A stretch of 63,932 nt of DNA, counting the filler, from Neolecta irregularis DAH-3 (taxonomy: Eukaryota), in the NCBI GenBank assembly GCA_001929475.1. It is 11 parts of 11 records of this genome, joined end to end, with 100 filler letters (N's around TTAATTAATTAA, not from the genome) between each part and the next. Parts side by side here need not be neighbours in the genome. Positions count along the whole stretch, not along the records: positions 33,169 to 45,920 come from LXFE01003554.1; positions 46,021 to 51,784 come from LXFE01000386.1; 9 more parts are not named here. The stretch is one strand, 5' to 3'. The position numbers and the translations under genes were made by a program. How positions within the stretch are numbered: the stretch's first letter is position 1; every line of letters begins with the position of its first letter. The notes below the pieces were generated by a model. It was not told the origin of the DNA, searched no databases, and worked only from the letters and a program-made list of their open reading frames with translations. Positions 38,369 through 50,885 of this stretch are shown here, one piece after another.

Positions 38369-39041
38369 GGGGCATTCAGGGGTGTTTGGAGTTTGTACAT
38401 ACAACGGGCATAACTTGTATATCGTTTTTCCAGGATTAAGGGAGTGTTTCATTGATATTATTGTTTTTGATTACTGATAATATATATACTCTGAATGTGT
38501 ATTCCCTGGTGGGCTTGAAATACGTAGGTTATAATGTAGCATGTTAGACGAGCTAAAGACTATGCTGACTGTCTAAGAATGTCTCAGTCAGCTCTCAAGA
38601 AACCGAGATATGGAGTTAAAGCTAGCGAGAGTCGATGAAGGTGGATACAGCTAAAGAACATGTTGATGAGGTTGAGCAAGAGGATTGGAAAGGAAGAAAG
38701 AATTGAGTAGTTATCAAAAGGATGGACGAGACTCGCGGTCGCATTCCCAGCAGAAAGCCTTGTTTTGACGCGACGGCGTATAAAGGAACACCGGTCCGTC
38801 CCTGACAATCGTCCATCGCTTTGCTCACCAACCACCATCTCCCACTCGGCTCCCCTCCATCGACTGACGGCTTTCTTCGTATTTTGCCCTTCTTTAGTTT
38901 ATTCCCGCTTGTCGTGATATCTTCCTTTTGCTTCGTCCCTGGAGGTCCTACAGAAGCTCGTTTTATCGTTTCATTAACTAATCGACTCTTTTATATCAAC
39001 AACCCGTTGTCGCGGTCCCGTTCAATAGAACAATTCTCAGC

Positions 39042-40132
39042 ATGCAACCAGGCAGTATGGTCCATCTTCATTATAACATCGATGCACTCTCGTTGACCCC
39101 TGAACGTAAAAATGTCAACACCAATGGGCCGAAGTTGGCCACTCCCCGCGCCCAGCTTTTATCGGGCTTACGAACAGCAAAGTCTAGTGGACTTCCTTCT
39201 ATTTCTCAAGTTCTTCGAACTCCAGAGGTACATGCTTGCCCTCTTTCTGTCGCTCGTGGAATTTGACCAAACGTTTATAGGTTGACACACCGGATTTGAC
39301 ATACAACATCACCCCGCCCAGCAGCGTCACCTCTCCACGCCTCAGGGCTGATAATACCCCCACAAAGGGGCTTGTCTCTCGTCCACGACCGTTAGACCTT
39401 TCCAAGGCTGCGTCAGTTGATAACTATCCGCTTACCGCAACGTTGCCACCAAAGACTGCTCGATGCCTCGGATTTAACTCGCCACGACTTCCAAACTACA
39501 ATACTTCGCAAAGCCCACGGCAAATTCCGGATCCACGACTTATAGCCTCTCTCCAACAGACGCAACAGATCGCGGCTGCCAATCTGTATATGGCTCAGCA
39601 ACAGGCAATGGCCGCCCAACAACAGCATTACGGGTACAGCGGGCTTGTGACTCCACCTCACTCCCCAGCATTCGCACCATCATCAGCCATGACAAATCCT
39701 ATTTCGGTATACAATCCGACGACCGGCCAATACATGATCTATTATGCTCAACCTTCTCCAGTGCCGTCCTATGAAAGGCCGCAACCAATTCCATTACCTC
39801 AAACTCCTCGTTCCGTCTCACCGCCGAGGACTAATCACAGAACTCGAGTTAGCAGCCCAGGATTTGGCCTTGGAATTAGTTTATCAAAGGGAGGACATCC
39901 GTGCAGACAGCCTTTTGGTCCTCCACCAATAGATGAGCTTGTAGCAGCACTCAATACTTTGGAGAATAAAAACTTTGCTACTCGTGTACGACGACAAGCC
40001 GTCAATCGATTGGTTCAGGCTGGTATGGACCGACAACGAGGTAGTGCGAATTCCTCACCAACTCTCTCGATTCTTTCTTCACTGGAGGAAACCAAAAAAT
40101 ATGCAGAAAAGAGAAAGAGTGCATTGTTTTGA
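39042..40132 (+). CDS. Conserved-looking fungal P/S/Q-rich protein of unknown function, 2 exons
   Basis: TPRAQLLSGLRTA N-terminal motif and RQPFGPPPIDEL...NFATRVRRQAVNRLV C-terminal motif; one GT-AG intron. Confidence 0.7.
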
Positions 40133-41730
40133 ATGGGGATATCTTTTTCCTAGTCGCGCCTTTTCCCTTTTCTTCCTCGATATATCTGTTCGTGTGAGAG
40201 ACTGGTCGTCATCCGCACGTTTATTTGTCCTTAAATTTCTATATGGCCTCTTACGTATTTAAGCATTTGTAGTTTGGTTTCAGGCCTGCGAAAGTCGTAC
40301 GTATCAATATATAGTTACATGGTTTCGATTAAGAGGGCATCAAATATGAAGTCATGGTTATTCCTGGTGGAGCCTATTAGCATTAAGCTTGGTGAACAAC
40401 CAAAAAACGTATAGGCTTAGTTTGTGGCTCGGTTGCGAAATGTGGTGAAAAACAAGAGGTATTACGTAGTCAAACTATCGCAAAACGCAACATGAAACGA
40501 AATGGGGGTTACAAACCAACAAGTCAACCAAATATATTCCCAGGTTGAGATAGCCATGACTTCTAGCTTGGACAAGGCTGCGATTGGCAACGCGTGGGTT
40601 GTTAGATTAGGGTGAGTGCATTTGTGGGCACGCGAACTTGGGTTTGGTGCTTATTTGCACTTCGGTTTGATGGTTGCGCGGACGTAATCACTTGGAGTAA
40701 AAGTAACTACTTGGGCTGAATATCAGGTTAAATTGTAGTCTGCTAGTCAGAATAGGCATTCGCACACTACCTTCATTTGCCTGTCAGCCTCCCCACTTAC
40801 GAAGTTAGAAGTGATCGCCCAGAAACGAGAGATTAGAGAAGATGCGAGGGAGGCAACAAAATCAAATCGGTTGATAGATCGTTGGACGGATTCCACTAGA
40901 GCGATATATAAGCCACTGATACTTGTCTGACTAATATTGTGAGGGTAAAGCGCGTCTTAAAAGCCTTTAGTGGCGCTCTCCTTTTAATTTCGACACGATT
41001 GTTCCCTGGGAACAATCATGCAGCTCAAAGGATTGTTGGATGAAACCTTTTGACTACCCCCGGTATGAAGAACCAACCGGAGTTTTGCGCAGATTTGCTG
41101 GTTACAGGAAGAATAATAAAAACAACAGGCGTATGGTGATGACTATCTATACCGGTTGAATAAGTGGCTGTAAATCATCAACTTCATCCGTAATTATTGC
41201 AAGAAAATATCGACATTGTTTGCATTTCTCATTTTTTCAAGACACATCTTGAGCAAGGAACTAATAGAATATTTACACGAGTTATTTTGAAAGATTTTTA
41301 AGACTGATAGTGATAATTCTAGAAATGCTCAGGCCCTACCTATTGAATTAGATTCAAAGTATCCCCAGGGATTGAGGCTAATCGCTCTAGGGCAGCACTT
41401 GTAAATGAATAGCTATGAGCTTCATTTTAGACTGGATGTTCATCCTAGTCTTTTATTGAAGCCATCTAGACCTGCCTGTGAACAGCACATAGCTTAGATA
41501 AATACCAGGCTACTATAGTCTTCCTGCTGCTCCCGTCGGGAGAGTTTATTTGATAGTCTCGGCTTTGGGACGGCTGAGACATCTACCCAATCCTCGTCTG
41601 CCGTTCCCTTTGCAAAGCATTTGTTTCATATTGTGTCTGTGTTACTACACTGCACTCTGCAAAAACCCCTTTATATTCCCCTAGATCACCAGTATCCGAG
41701 AACTCGGGTCCCTAAGCGTTGTTCATAGCA

Positions 41731-44311
41731 ATGGTCATGCGGAAGGATCCACAGCAACACCGCACTTCCAACAGAGTCTGCTTCGATCCATTAGGTCCTC
41801 AAGACGCAGACGAGGAACAGATCCTCGAAGGAGCTAGTTCTCATGTTCCCCAGATGACTCAACAAGGTCGTCCACTACCCATCCTTGTGACGTCTGATTC
41901 TACTCCACCAGGTGGAAATAATTCCCACAAGTTCTACATACCACAGGATGAGTCATACGATAATGAAGAAATTTTGATAAAACAATCTACAACAAAGGAG
42001 ACTTTTCTCTCCTCTGATTTATTCTCAGAAAGTTCACCAGAAATCTCTCGTCCACCTAGTGCCAATGGATTGGTTTCAGCAAGACCTTTCTCATTTACCG
42101 AAATCAACGACCGATTTGCTCTTCCTCAGAAGATCGTAACTCATTCGGGGTTTGGAAGACTGGAATCAAATCCTCCCTCTTTCGACATCAGAGCTACACA
42201 AAGCACGGTTGCCATTCCAGGCCCACCTATCGCCCCGTCTCACGGAATTGTTAGCCCTCAAGAGCCTAGTGCTAGCGAAGCATACAAACTAGTCAGGGCA
42301 CATACAATCAAACAAACACCCTCGGGGCTTAATCGACGGACAGGCAGCACACCGGATATCAGAAGTTCTGCGGCCAATGCTACCCTTCTTCAGCAAAATA
42401 AAGGCGGAGTGCTTGGTCAGTTGATGCAATTGCATGCATCTCCTCGTGTAGCATTTATATTGACTCTAGTAGATATGGCAATCAGGCCCTTTCAAACGAA
42501 TTCTCTCAACCCACTGCTCGGGAGAAATGGTACAAAGGTTCCAAAAGTGCAACTAGTTCGACAACATCGATACAAGCGATGCTTGCCCCGACGGGTTCTC
42601 GTTCGGAGACTTCTTCGCCTGTTAATGGAATGTCGGCCTCACATCGAGCAACATGTTCTGGCCCTGGTGATATTTCTCCGTTTGGATTTGCGAAACGACA
42701 AAGCGGTGGAATCGTTAAAGCTGCCCAAAGTGCCGCTCATAAAGTAAAAATGGGATGGATCCACCCCAAGGAAACTGAGATTACATTCAATGTTGCAGAT
42801 ATTCTGACGCGGCAGAGGTTCATTCTTAAGGCATGTTGACCTGAAAAGATAATAATAATCTCCAGTTTGCAGAGGCGCTGATCATCTTTGGAGCTCCCAC
42901 TCATCGGATTGAAGATTATCTTTCCACGATATCTCACTGCCTAATGATTGAGAGTACCATTCCTCTTGCAAAGATACTGACAACACAGGTCAGTTTGTGT
43001 ATCTCCCCGGCACTATTGTAATCTCATTCGACGATTCAGTAACACATACCTCGCATGTCAAGATTGTCCGCGCTCCCGCAGGAATCGATCTCAGCAAACT
43101 GGGGATAACACATGACATTTACAAAGAAGTCAAAATGGACCAAATTAGCGCTGGTGACGGTCTTGGACGGATCACTGAACTTATCAATGGTCCCCCTCTA
43201 TACCGCACTTGGGTTAAAATTGTTGCATACGGATTTGCTAGTGCTTTTGTTGGACCATTTGCATTTGGGACCAGGTTTATAGATATGCCCATATGTTTCT
43301 GTTTGGGGGTTATGATTGGAATCTTGCAAACCTTTGTCGCTTCCCGATTTATCAGTTTCGTATGTATCCTTTTGATGAATCTTTTGATTTTCCAGAGTAA
43401 AATATTCGAGGTTATAGCGCCTATGCTTACTGCATTTTTGGCTCGGGCATTTGGTTCGATTCAGCCGCAGGGTTTATTTTGCTATTCCGGGATAGCCCAG
43501 TCTGCTATTGTTTTTGTTTTACCTGGTTATATTCTTGTTTGCGGTGCTCTGGAGCTCCAAGCGAAGAATCTTGTCGCCGGCTCTGTTCGCATGTTTCAAG
43601 CAATAATGTATTCACGTATGAGCCTGCTTCGTTCCGGCTACTTATTCTAGTCTTTTTAGCATTCGGAACTACTCTTGGTTCGGCGCTGTATGCACTTGTA
43701 GATAAAAACGCTACAAACCAGCCTACATGTAACGGTTCTGTATCGGATTACCACCGGCTTTGGATTGTTCCAATATTTTCGTTATGTCTCGTCGTTGTTT
43801 TTCAAGCGCACTACCGGCAAGCTCCGGCAATGATTATAATCGCCTCTATCGGCTACTTGGTGAATTATTCGGCTTCTAGGTATACCTCTCAAGTTTCGCT
43901 TGTCAATGCTTTGAGGTTGCCCCCCTTTTATCATGTCTGATGGTACAGCTCGTTTGTTATTGCAACGATTGGAAATCTTTATTCTCGAATTGGCCACGGT
44001 CTTGCCTTTACTGCCGTTCTTCCTGCAGTTTTAGTTCTCGTTCCATCTGGTCTTGCAGCACAAGGCGGTCTTCTCTCGGGTCTTCATGAAGCTCAATCGA
44101 TTGTCAAGAATAGTACGACTTTAACGGTGTCGGATTCCATTTTTAGCATTAGTGATACCAATATGCTTTATTTTGTTTTTCAAATGATTAAAGTTAGTAT
44201 CGGTATTACAGTTGGGTTGTTCTTGTCTGCTGTTTTTATCTATCCGGTATGTCATTACGAGTATGATCTTATTCCTAGATTCCATGGAAACGGTCGATAT
44301 GGAATTTTTAG
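41731..44311 (+). CDS. PRM10: Pheromone-regulated membrane protein 10 (DUF1212/ThrE-family exporter)
   Basis: RQRFILK/FAEALIIFGAPTHRIEDY, YLPGTIVISFDD, LPGYILVCGALELQAKNLVAGSVRM, VLVPSGLA and IGITVGLF. Confidence 0.9.
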
Positions 44312-44410
44312 GTAGAGATGGAGGGGTGGTCCACCAACAGGTAGAGGTTGGATTAGGGAAGATTGGTAGTTGTTATTTCACTAGATGTTTCAGGACTGAT
44401 CATTCATATC

Positions 44411-45837
44411 CTAGGTTTTCATGAGAACCTGTTCTAGGTATCCATTACCCTCTTCATTGTAACCAACGCAACAATGCCACTTTACGAGAGAGTTTTCAGC
44501 AATAATAGTTTTTTTCTCGTCGTGTGATAATCTTGAGAATTCGAGAGCATTTCTTTTCAAGATCTGTTCGGAAACACCCCAGAATGCGGACAGGATAGCG
44601 TGATTTCCTGCGGAATCTACTAGTTTCCAATTTCCCTGCAACATCAAAACGCTATCGTCAAGGATCTTTTCGATATGGCAAAACTGACATTGAAGGGATG
44701 TTAATGGTTGTTTGCAAATAGAGTCTTGGCGTCAACTGGATCACCAGGATTTTATACGGTGCCAGACAGCGTCCAGGTTATCAAAGCCGACAACAGTACA
44801 TGTGGAGTGTCCTGATTTTGTGATTGGCTGTGGATTCCAGAGGTATGGCGAGAAAAGCTGGCATGAGGATGTCGACACTTGAATTAGTAGGATAAACAGC
44901 CACGTACCTGAATAGATTTTACAAGCGGGCGTTGACAAGTAGCGATCGTTTATACCTGTGTCGTTTATAGGGGATAACCCTGTGTCGTTTAAAGGGGATA
45001 ACCCTGTGTCGTTTATAGGGGATAACCCTGTGATCAAGATTAAACAAGGCGGGTGAATGGAGACCAGGATATTCTGTTGAATAGATAGATGACGTGTTCC
45101 ATCCTGTGTAGAAAGCACGATATTAACGAAATCTTGATTACGTGAGATTTCCCGTACGCGACCGATGAGACAACTTTGTGATTGAATCTGGGGTAATCTA
45201 TTCTGGGGTAATCTAATAGCTGCAAATGTGGAGAAATTCCAATCGTTTGCGCCCGACCAGTTTGGTACGACCAGCGATTCGCCAATGTTGAGTAAACTGG
45301 AGGAGTGATCGGGAAAGAAAACGCGCCATTCTTTTCCGTCGATGCTGAAATTTACAGAGTGTGTGTCGAGGGAGAGGACGACCATTTGTGTTCCGTTTAG
45401 AAGTTCGTCTTGTGCTAGGATGGGAAATAGGAATTGTGTAGGAAGCAACAGTCTGCCTGTGCGGCCTATTTGTTTTGTCATTGTGAACCGGAGTGTGTGA
45501 TTTTTGAGAAATGTGGGATCTTGCGATTGGAGTAGGAGTAGGGTGTGTCCGTCTGACAGGACGAGTCGCGAACGATCGGGGGAGACCAGAGTACATGAGA
45601 GCTGATAAATATGGCGAAACGAGTGTTTATAGAGTGGCTTGAGTAACTGCGGGTCAACGTGGGGCGTAAGAGCGAGACCTCTGATTCTAATTCGGAGAGA
45701 ATGATTGCTTTTGTGAGACCCAAGGGATATTGATGCATGAGTTTGACGAGATGCAGGGCAACCCAATTTGCCGAGCAGACCAAGGAGCAAGCGGAAAGGG
45801 CAGCTAGTAAATTTGTGGAAACTGAAGTGATGTCCAT
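44411..45837 (-). CDS. Multi-OB-fold protein with a zinc ribbon, S. pombe Cdc24 OB-domain-like, 4 exons
   Basis: Spliced model: N-terminal W..LHLVKLMHQYPLGLTKAIILSEL, intron 45647-45678, OB-like strands (LIGRVREI), HSIC..CQFC, and an RPA70C-like tail WKLVDSAG...SEQILKRNALEFSRLSHDEK. Confidence 0.6.
44955..45032. repeat. In-frame 24-nt tandem repeat x3 (TGLSPIND)
   Basis: CCTGTGTCGTTTATAGGGGATAAC repeated three times with one substitution. Confidence 0.95.
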
Positions 45838-45855
45838 GAATTGAATGCGGTAATT

Positions 45856-45920
45856 GATATATGAGTGATATATGAGTGATATGAGTGATATATGAGTGAT
45901 ATATGAGTGATATATGAGTG
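45856..45920. repeat. 11-nt tandem repeat (TGATATATGAG)n running into the contig end
   Basis: About 6 units, one of them 2 nt shorter. Confidence 0.95.
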
Positions 45921-46099
45921 NNNNNNNNNNNNNNNNNNNNNNNNNNNNNNNNNNNNNNNNNNNNTTAATTAATTAANNNNNNNNNNNNNNNNNNNNNNNN
46001 NNNNNNNNNNNNNNNNNNNNGGAGGCGGGACGGCCATGCGGCGGTGTCTGGCGGCAGTGGGAGGGCCGTGCGGGGGCAGCTCGGCCCGCCTGCGTTGCC

Positions 46100-46105
46100 T
46101 ATAAA
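46100..46105 (+). promoter_or_regulatory. Candidate TATA box of the xylose reductase gene
   Basis: TATAAA inside GC-rich sequence, 138 nt upstream of the ATG. Confidence 0.5.
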
Positions 46106-46127
46106 GCTTGTCTGTTGCCTGTATTGT

Positions 46128-46237
46128 CGTCTATCTCATCCTCGCCGTCTATCTCATCCTCGCCGTCTATCAGCCGTCTATCAGCCGTCTATCAGCCGTC
46201 TATCAGCCGTCTATCAGCCGTCTATCAGCCGTCTATC
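46128..46237 (+). repeat. Tandem array: 18-mer x2 plus CGTCTATCAGC x6, abutting the start codon
   Basis: Read directly; the last partial unit CGTCTATC runs into ATG 46238. Confidence 0.95.
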
Positions 46238-47301
46238 ATGTCTGTCACTCTCGCGCCCTCTGGCCAGAAAATGCCTCTGGTACGCCCCTCCCGCGCTGCG
46301 CTGACCCCAGGTCGGCTTTGGTCTCTGGAAGATCGACACCCGCTCCTGCGCCGACCAGGTCTACGCCGCCCTCAAGACCGGCTACCGCCTCCTCGACGGC
46401 GCCTGCGACTATGGAAACGAAAAAGAGGCCGGCATCGGCATCAGGCGCGCCATCGACCACCGCATCGTCGCCAGAGCAGACATCTTTCTCACCAGCAAGC
46501 TCTGGAACACCTTCCACAACCCGTACCCGGCCCCCGCCAGCTGCCCCCCGCTGACTCCAGCAATGTCGTCAAGACTATTGCAAAGAGGCAGCTCGCAGAC
46601 TACGGCCTCGAGTACTTTGACCTCTTCCTCATCCACTTCCCCATCGCCCTGAAATACGTCGATCCCCAAGACCGCTACCCGCCAGGCTTTTACGCCGACG
46701 GCAAAAGCACTATCGAATACGAAAACATCCCAATCCAGGACACCTGGAAGGTGCCCGCCTCTCCCAATCCTCGCTGACCCCGCAGGCCATGGAAGACCTC
46801 GTCGACTGCGGCATCGCTAGAAATATCGGAATCTCAAACTTTCAATCAAGCCTAATCCTCGATTTGCTTCGCTACGCCCGTATTCGGCCCGCTGTCCTCC
46901 AGATAGAACATCACCCCTACCTAGTCCAGCAACCCCTCCTCGACCTCTGCGCTCAGGAAAATATCGCAGTCACCGCATACTCTTCATTCGGCCCCCAATC
47001 CTTTCTTGAACTGAAAATGAACAAGGCCGAGCAAGTCGTCTCCCTGCTCCAGCACGACACAATCTCGTCCATCGCCAGAAAACTAAACAAGACAAATGCC
47101 CAGGTCCTGCTTGCCTGGTCGACCCTCCGTCACATAGCCGTCATTCCAAAAAGCAATAAACAGGCCCGCCTTGAAGAGAATTTAAATTGTTTGGACTTGC
47201 ACATTGACAGCGAGGATATGAAGGCCATTACCGCTTTGGACAAGGGTTTGCGTTTCAACGATCCCCACAATTATGGAATTCCTATCACTATATTTGCATA
47301 G
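46238..47301 (+). CDS. GRE3: NAD(P)H-dependent D-xylose/aldose reductase (AKR2B type), 4 exons
   Basis: [69 protein letters not shown] and LRFNDP. Confidence 0.93.
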
Positions 47302-48012
47302 CTTGTTTTCTGTCATCGTTATCCTATATCCATCTTCATAAGGTCATTATCATTCAATCGTCATCTCATTCAATCGTCATCTCTACGCCACAAGACTGCC
47401 CATACATGACGACAAACCACGTCATTACAAGTATATAACCCCCCCTCCTCGTATCCCACTCTACAAAATGACCTCGTACAAAGTATCTTCTCTTCCCTTC
47501 TCGTCTAATAAATAGAAAGGAGATCACGTTGAATACAGACCAATCGGAGGAGACAACCAGAACGTTTCTCATTCAACTGGCATCATCGAAAAAGTAACCG
47601 GAGATGCACAGAATGCTAAATTCGCAATAAAGGTTGCTTGTCTTGTATCCTACTGATCTTTAGAATGACAATACCGGGAAAATCACTCATTACGAGGAAA
47701 TGAATATCGTCAAGAAAATTGATTCTTAGTTGGTAATGGAGATCAATATTGTCAAGAAATTGTTTCGTTTGATGTGTAGTGAGATGAATAAAATGTGCGT
47801 GTATTGAAATGTCCGCGCGAAACGTCAAATCCGCGACTAACCCCTCTTCCCGCCTGTCTGTTTGGCCTGCCTGCCTTGCCCACCTGCCTGTCTGTTCCTT
47901 GCCAATATTTACGTAAACATAAAGAATCATATACATAATATAATAATTTATATTGCTTTATATACATCTTAAGCCCAACTTGGCACATCCCCAACAGTGC
48001 AAATACATTGTT

Positions 48013-48075
48013 GGTCTAGTCAATATAGACGGTCTAGACCGACCGTCGATTTGGTCCAGTAGATTGAGAACACTG
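48013..48075 (-). mobile_element. hAT-like TIR end (relic), related to 26850
   Basis: The reverse complement starts CAGTGTTCTCAATCTACTGGACCAAATCGACGG and carries repeated TAGACC motifs. Confidence 0.5.
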
Positions 48076-48389
48076 CATAGTTCCCCAGGTAAAATGCTTT
48101 AATAGTCTTGTCTGTGAATAGTGTTGCTGGTTCTCTTAGAACGGAAAACAGGCATCTAGGTGGATTAAGTGGAGTGGTGGCGGTGGTTATTCCCTTTACG
48201 TTTCGCGGATTTGACGTTTGGCGCGGAACAAATGTGAGTTGAGATTGATTTTGAATGCGTGTATGAGATGAATATTGACTTTGAATGCGTGTATGAGATG
48301 AATATTGAGATGAATATATATGAAATAACACCATAGTAAACCTGTTATTTCTATTTTTGAGGTTACAAGTCACCTTGTTCCCGACTCCT

Positions 48390-50157
48390 ATGGCATCTTC
48401 GTTCCCATGGATGAACAAGGAAATCGGAGAAGACACAATACAATACTGGCTATATCTTCGACAGTCTACTTCGGAAACGATTACTCGACTACATCAACTC
48501 GAGAAAGAAATAACGCACCAAATATCTTGCTTGACGGATACTCGTATCTGGCAAAAAGAAGAATTTCATCTCGAACTGATTAAAGATTCTGGCATGTGAG
48601 GATATTTTCAAGATCATGTTATTCTGACTACCCTCAGCTGATCGATCTTGTTTATTTGGAACTAGCTGTTTTGGAGATTGTATTCAAGATGAATGGTTCA
48701 TCGTATATTTATTACGCACAATCTCTGAAATCAACAAAGATATTATTATCCGGTAATCAAGTACAACGGAGAGACTAATATACAGAACCACCGATTCAGA
48801 CGGACATTTTCTCCTTATTGAAGCTGCTTTTGAATTACCCAATTGGATCGATCCTGACGTTGCCGATAATAGAGTACTTATCCCCGCCATTCTTGTTAAA
48901 TATTAGCTTTGGATTAATGATGGAAAGCTCTTGTTGATTCCGCCCGCGTATGATAAACAAGAGTCGGCGCTATTATCAAGGGAGGATGCATTAAGTATAC
49001 TTGAAAATGAACCTATTGACAATTTCGTCGTCTCTGAGAAACTGCAAATGGCGGCTTTCAAGGCAATCGAAGGGTACATTTCCTCCCTCAGAGTATACTA
49101 AAAAGATTACCTCGTACCATTGACGAGAATTGTCATCATGCACTCGTGTATCTTCCACGCTCTGTAGCTGCTATTCTGCATCAAGACCGAAAACTTATTT
49201 CACCAGCGGTAGATGCTTTTTATCTACGCGATTCATCGTCTTTAAAGGCATTTTACAAGTTTGTCCAGAATTAATTTTCCTAGGCCTGCGAATCAATGTC
49301 GAGATTCCCCCCAATAGATATAATTGCCACATCCATCGAGTTTACAAAAACCCTGTATGCGCAAGTAAAGGGTCAAATGTTTCATGCACCACCAGTTTAT
49401 CCGCTTCCTCTTTCTACAAATCCAGATTACGCGAAATATGTCACTGGGATGAAAATTGCTTGTGGAATGGAAATGCTTTATGCTCGGGAGGGTACCAGTA
49501 GTCTAATTCGAAAACGTATCGATGAGATGTTCACGGTCCCCACCGACGAAGAAGTCGCAAGGTGGGGAAATAAACAAGATGACGAAAGTTGGCTCTTGGT
49601 TAATTTCAGCGATCTTGATCAACATTCCCATCCCGGAAGAACGCCTAATAGACCCGATGAGATGCAGGATACAGTAAAAGATATGTTGGACAAACTGCAA
49701 GAATTCATGGGCGAAGAAGGAGGATTGGATGGAGTCGAGCTTGATGGGTAATCTTTTTGCTTCCATCTTTAATTATTTAGCGAGAGTGAATCATCCGAAG
49801 AGGATCAAGTCACTTTTGATGATCAAGATTTTCTAACATTGTTGCGTCAGGAATTAGGTTTCCATTTGCATTTTCATATTTATTAAACTTTTAGATGTTC
49901 AACTTCCAAACAATGAACCCTCAGATTCTGAAAGTGACGGGTCAGATCTCGCTGCAATGGACGCGGAATTCGCCGAGTTAATGGTCCAAGATGAAAACGA
50001 ACAGACGGTCGAACAAGATAAATCTGATTACGAAATAGCTACAAACATCTTGGAAAGTTTCAAAGGCCAGGCTGGATTACCTGGCCCTGCAGGAAACATG
50101 CTTTCCAGAATGGGACTTCAGTTACCTCGTGACGACACGGAGGAACCCGATGAATAA
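48390..50157 (+). CDS. ECD: Ecdysoneless/hSGT1 family protein, multi-exon
   Basis: IWQKEEF, FGDCIQDEWFIVYLL, DSDGHFLLIEAA..LPNWIDP, AFYLRD, GMKIACGMEML and NILESFKGQAGLPGPAGNML. Confidence 0.92.
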
Positions 50158-50219
50158 GGTAACTTGTCTTTTATTCTTTCTTATCTAGTAAAAAGCACTT
50201 TTTAGAAAATATCTCTCAT

Positions 50220-50885
50220 CTAATCTTGAACCATGACGAGTCCAAGCGTTGGATTAGCCAATTCGAACCATTCGGCCTTGGTCGTCAGCATCATTGAAGC
50301 AAATCACGTACGTAGTCATTACCACCATAAGGCGCTATTTCAATTTCTCCATAGGGAAATCGGCAAGGAAAATGAAGAATGTTGCTCTCTCCAGTAACTT
50401 TAATTTGAATTACACCTCGACTGACTCCTCTTGCAGGTCGATTGTTCCATGTGGTTGATTGGTAATTAAATGGAGCAACGTCATAGATCTCAATTTGTTT
50501 GGACCCATAAAAGTTGTAATTTGCGGATTCTCCATCCGGAACAACAAACTTCAAATGGCAGTGAGGACGACTGGCATCTAGACCAAACGATGCAATGGTT
50601 GAAATCTTGTTCGCATTGTTGAATTGGGCAGCATATCCTCTGTATTGGGTTCCAAACGCCGTATTCGGCTCGTTTTCCTTGATTGGGACAAGAAGCTTAC
50701 CTTAAATGGAATTATCAAATAAAATATACCCCAGGTAAGACAGTTGATTCACCACATTTTTCACCACAATGTACAGTTGGTGTTGTCAAGACTTTTGTCG
50801 GTATTTCTTCCGAGTCTTGCGAAGTTGGGGAAGCAAAAACTGAAATTGCCAAGAAGGATACGAGAGCGGAAGTAGTGAATTGCAT
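50220..50885 (-). CDS. Secreted But2 C-terminal-domain protein, 3 exons
   Basis: Signal peptide, LLVPIKENEPNTAFGT, CHLKF, TTWNNRPARG, FPC and WFE...P..GL, matching the But2-type pattern. Confidence 0.75.

Noticed and set aside
40998..41018. Perfect palindrome GATTGTTCCC-T-GGGAACAATC in a long intergenic region
   Set aside because: Isolated, with no TSD or second copy, so no function can be supported.
46044..46777. Overlapping long ORFs (46044, 46108, 46115, 46245)
   Set aside because: By-products of the stop-free 11-mer array and high GC; the spliced aldo-keto reductase explains the region.
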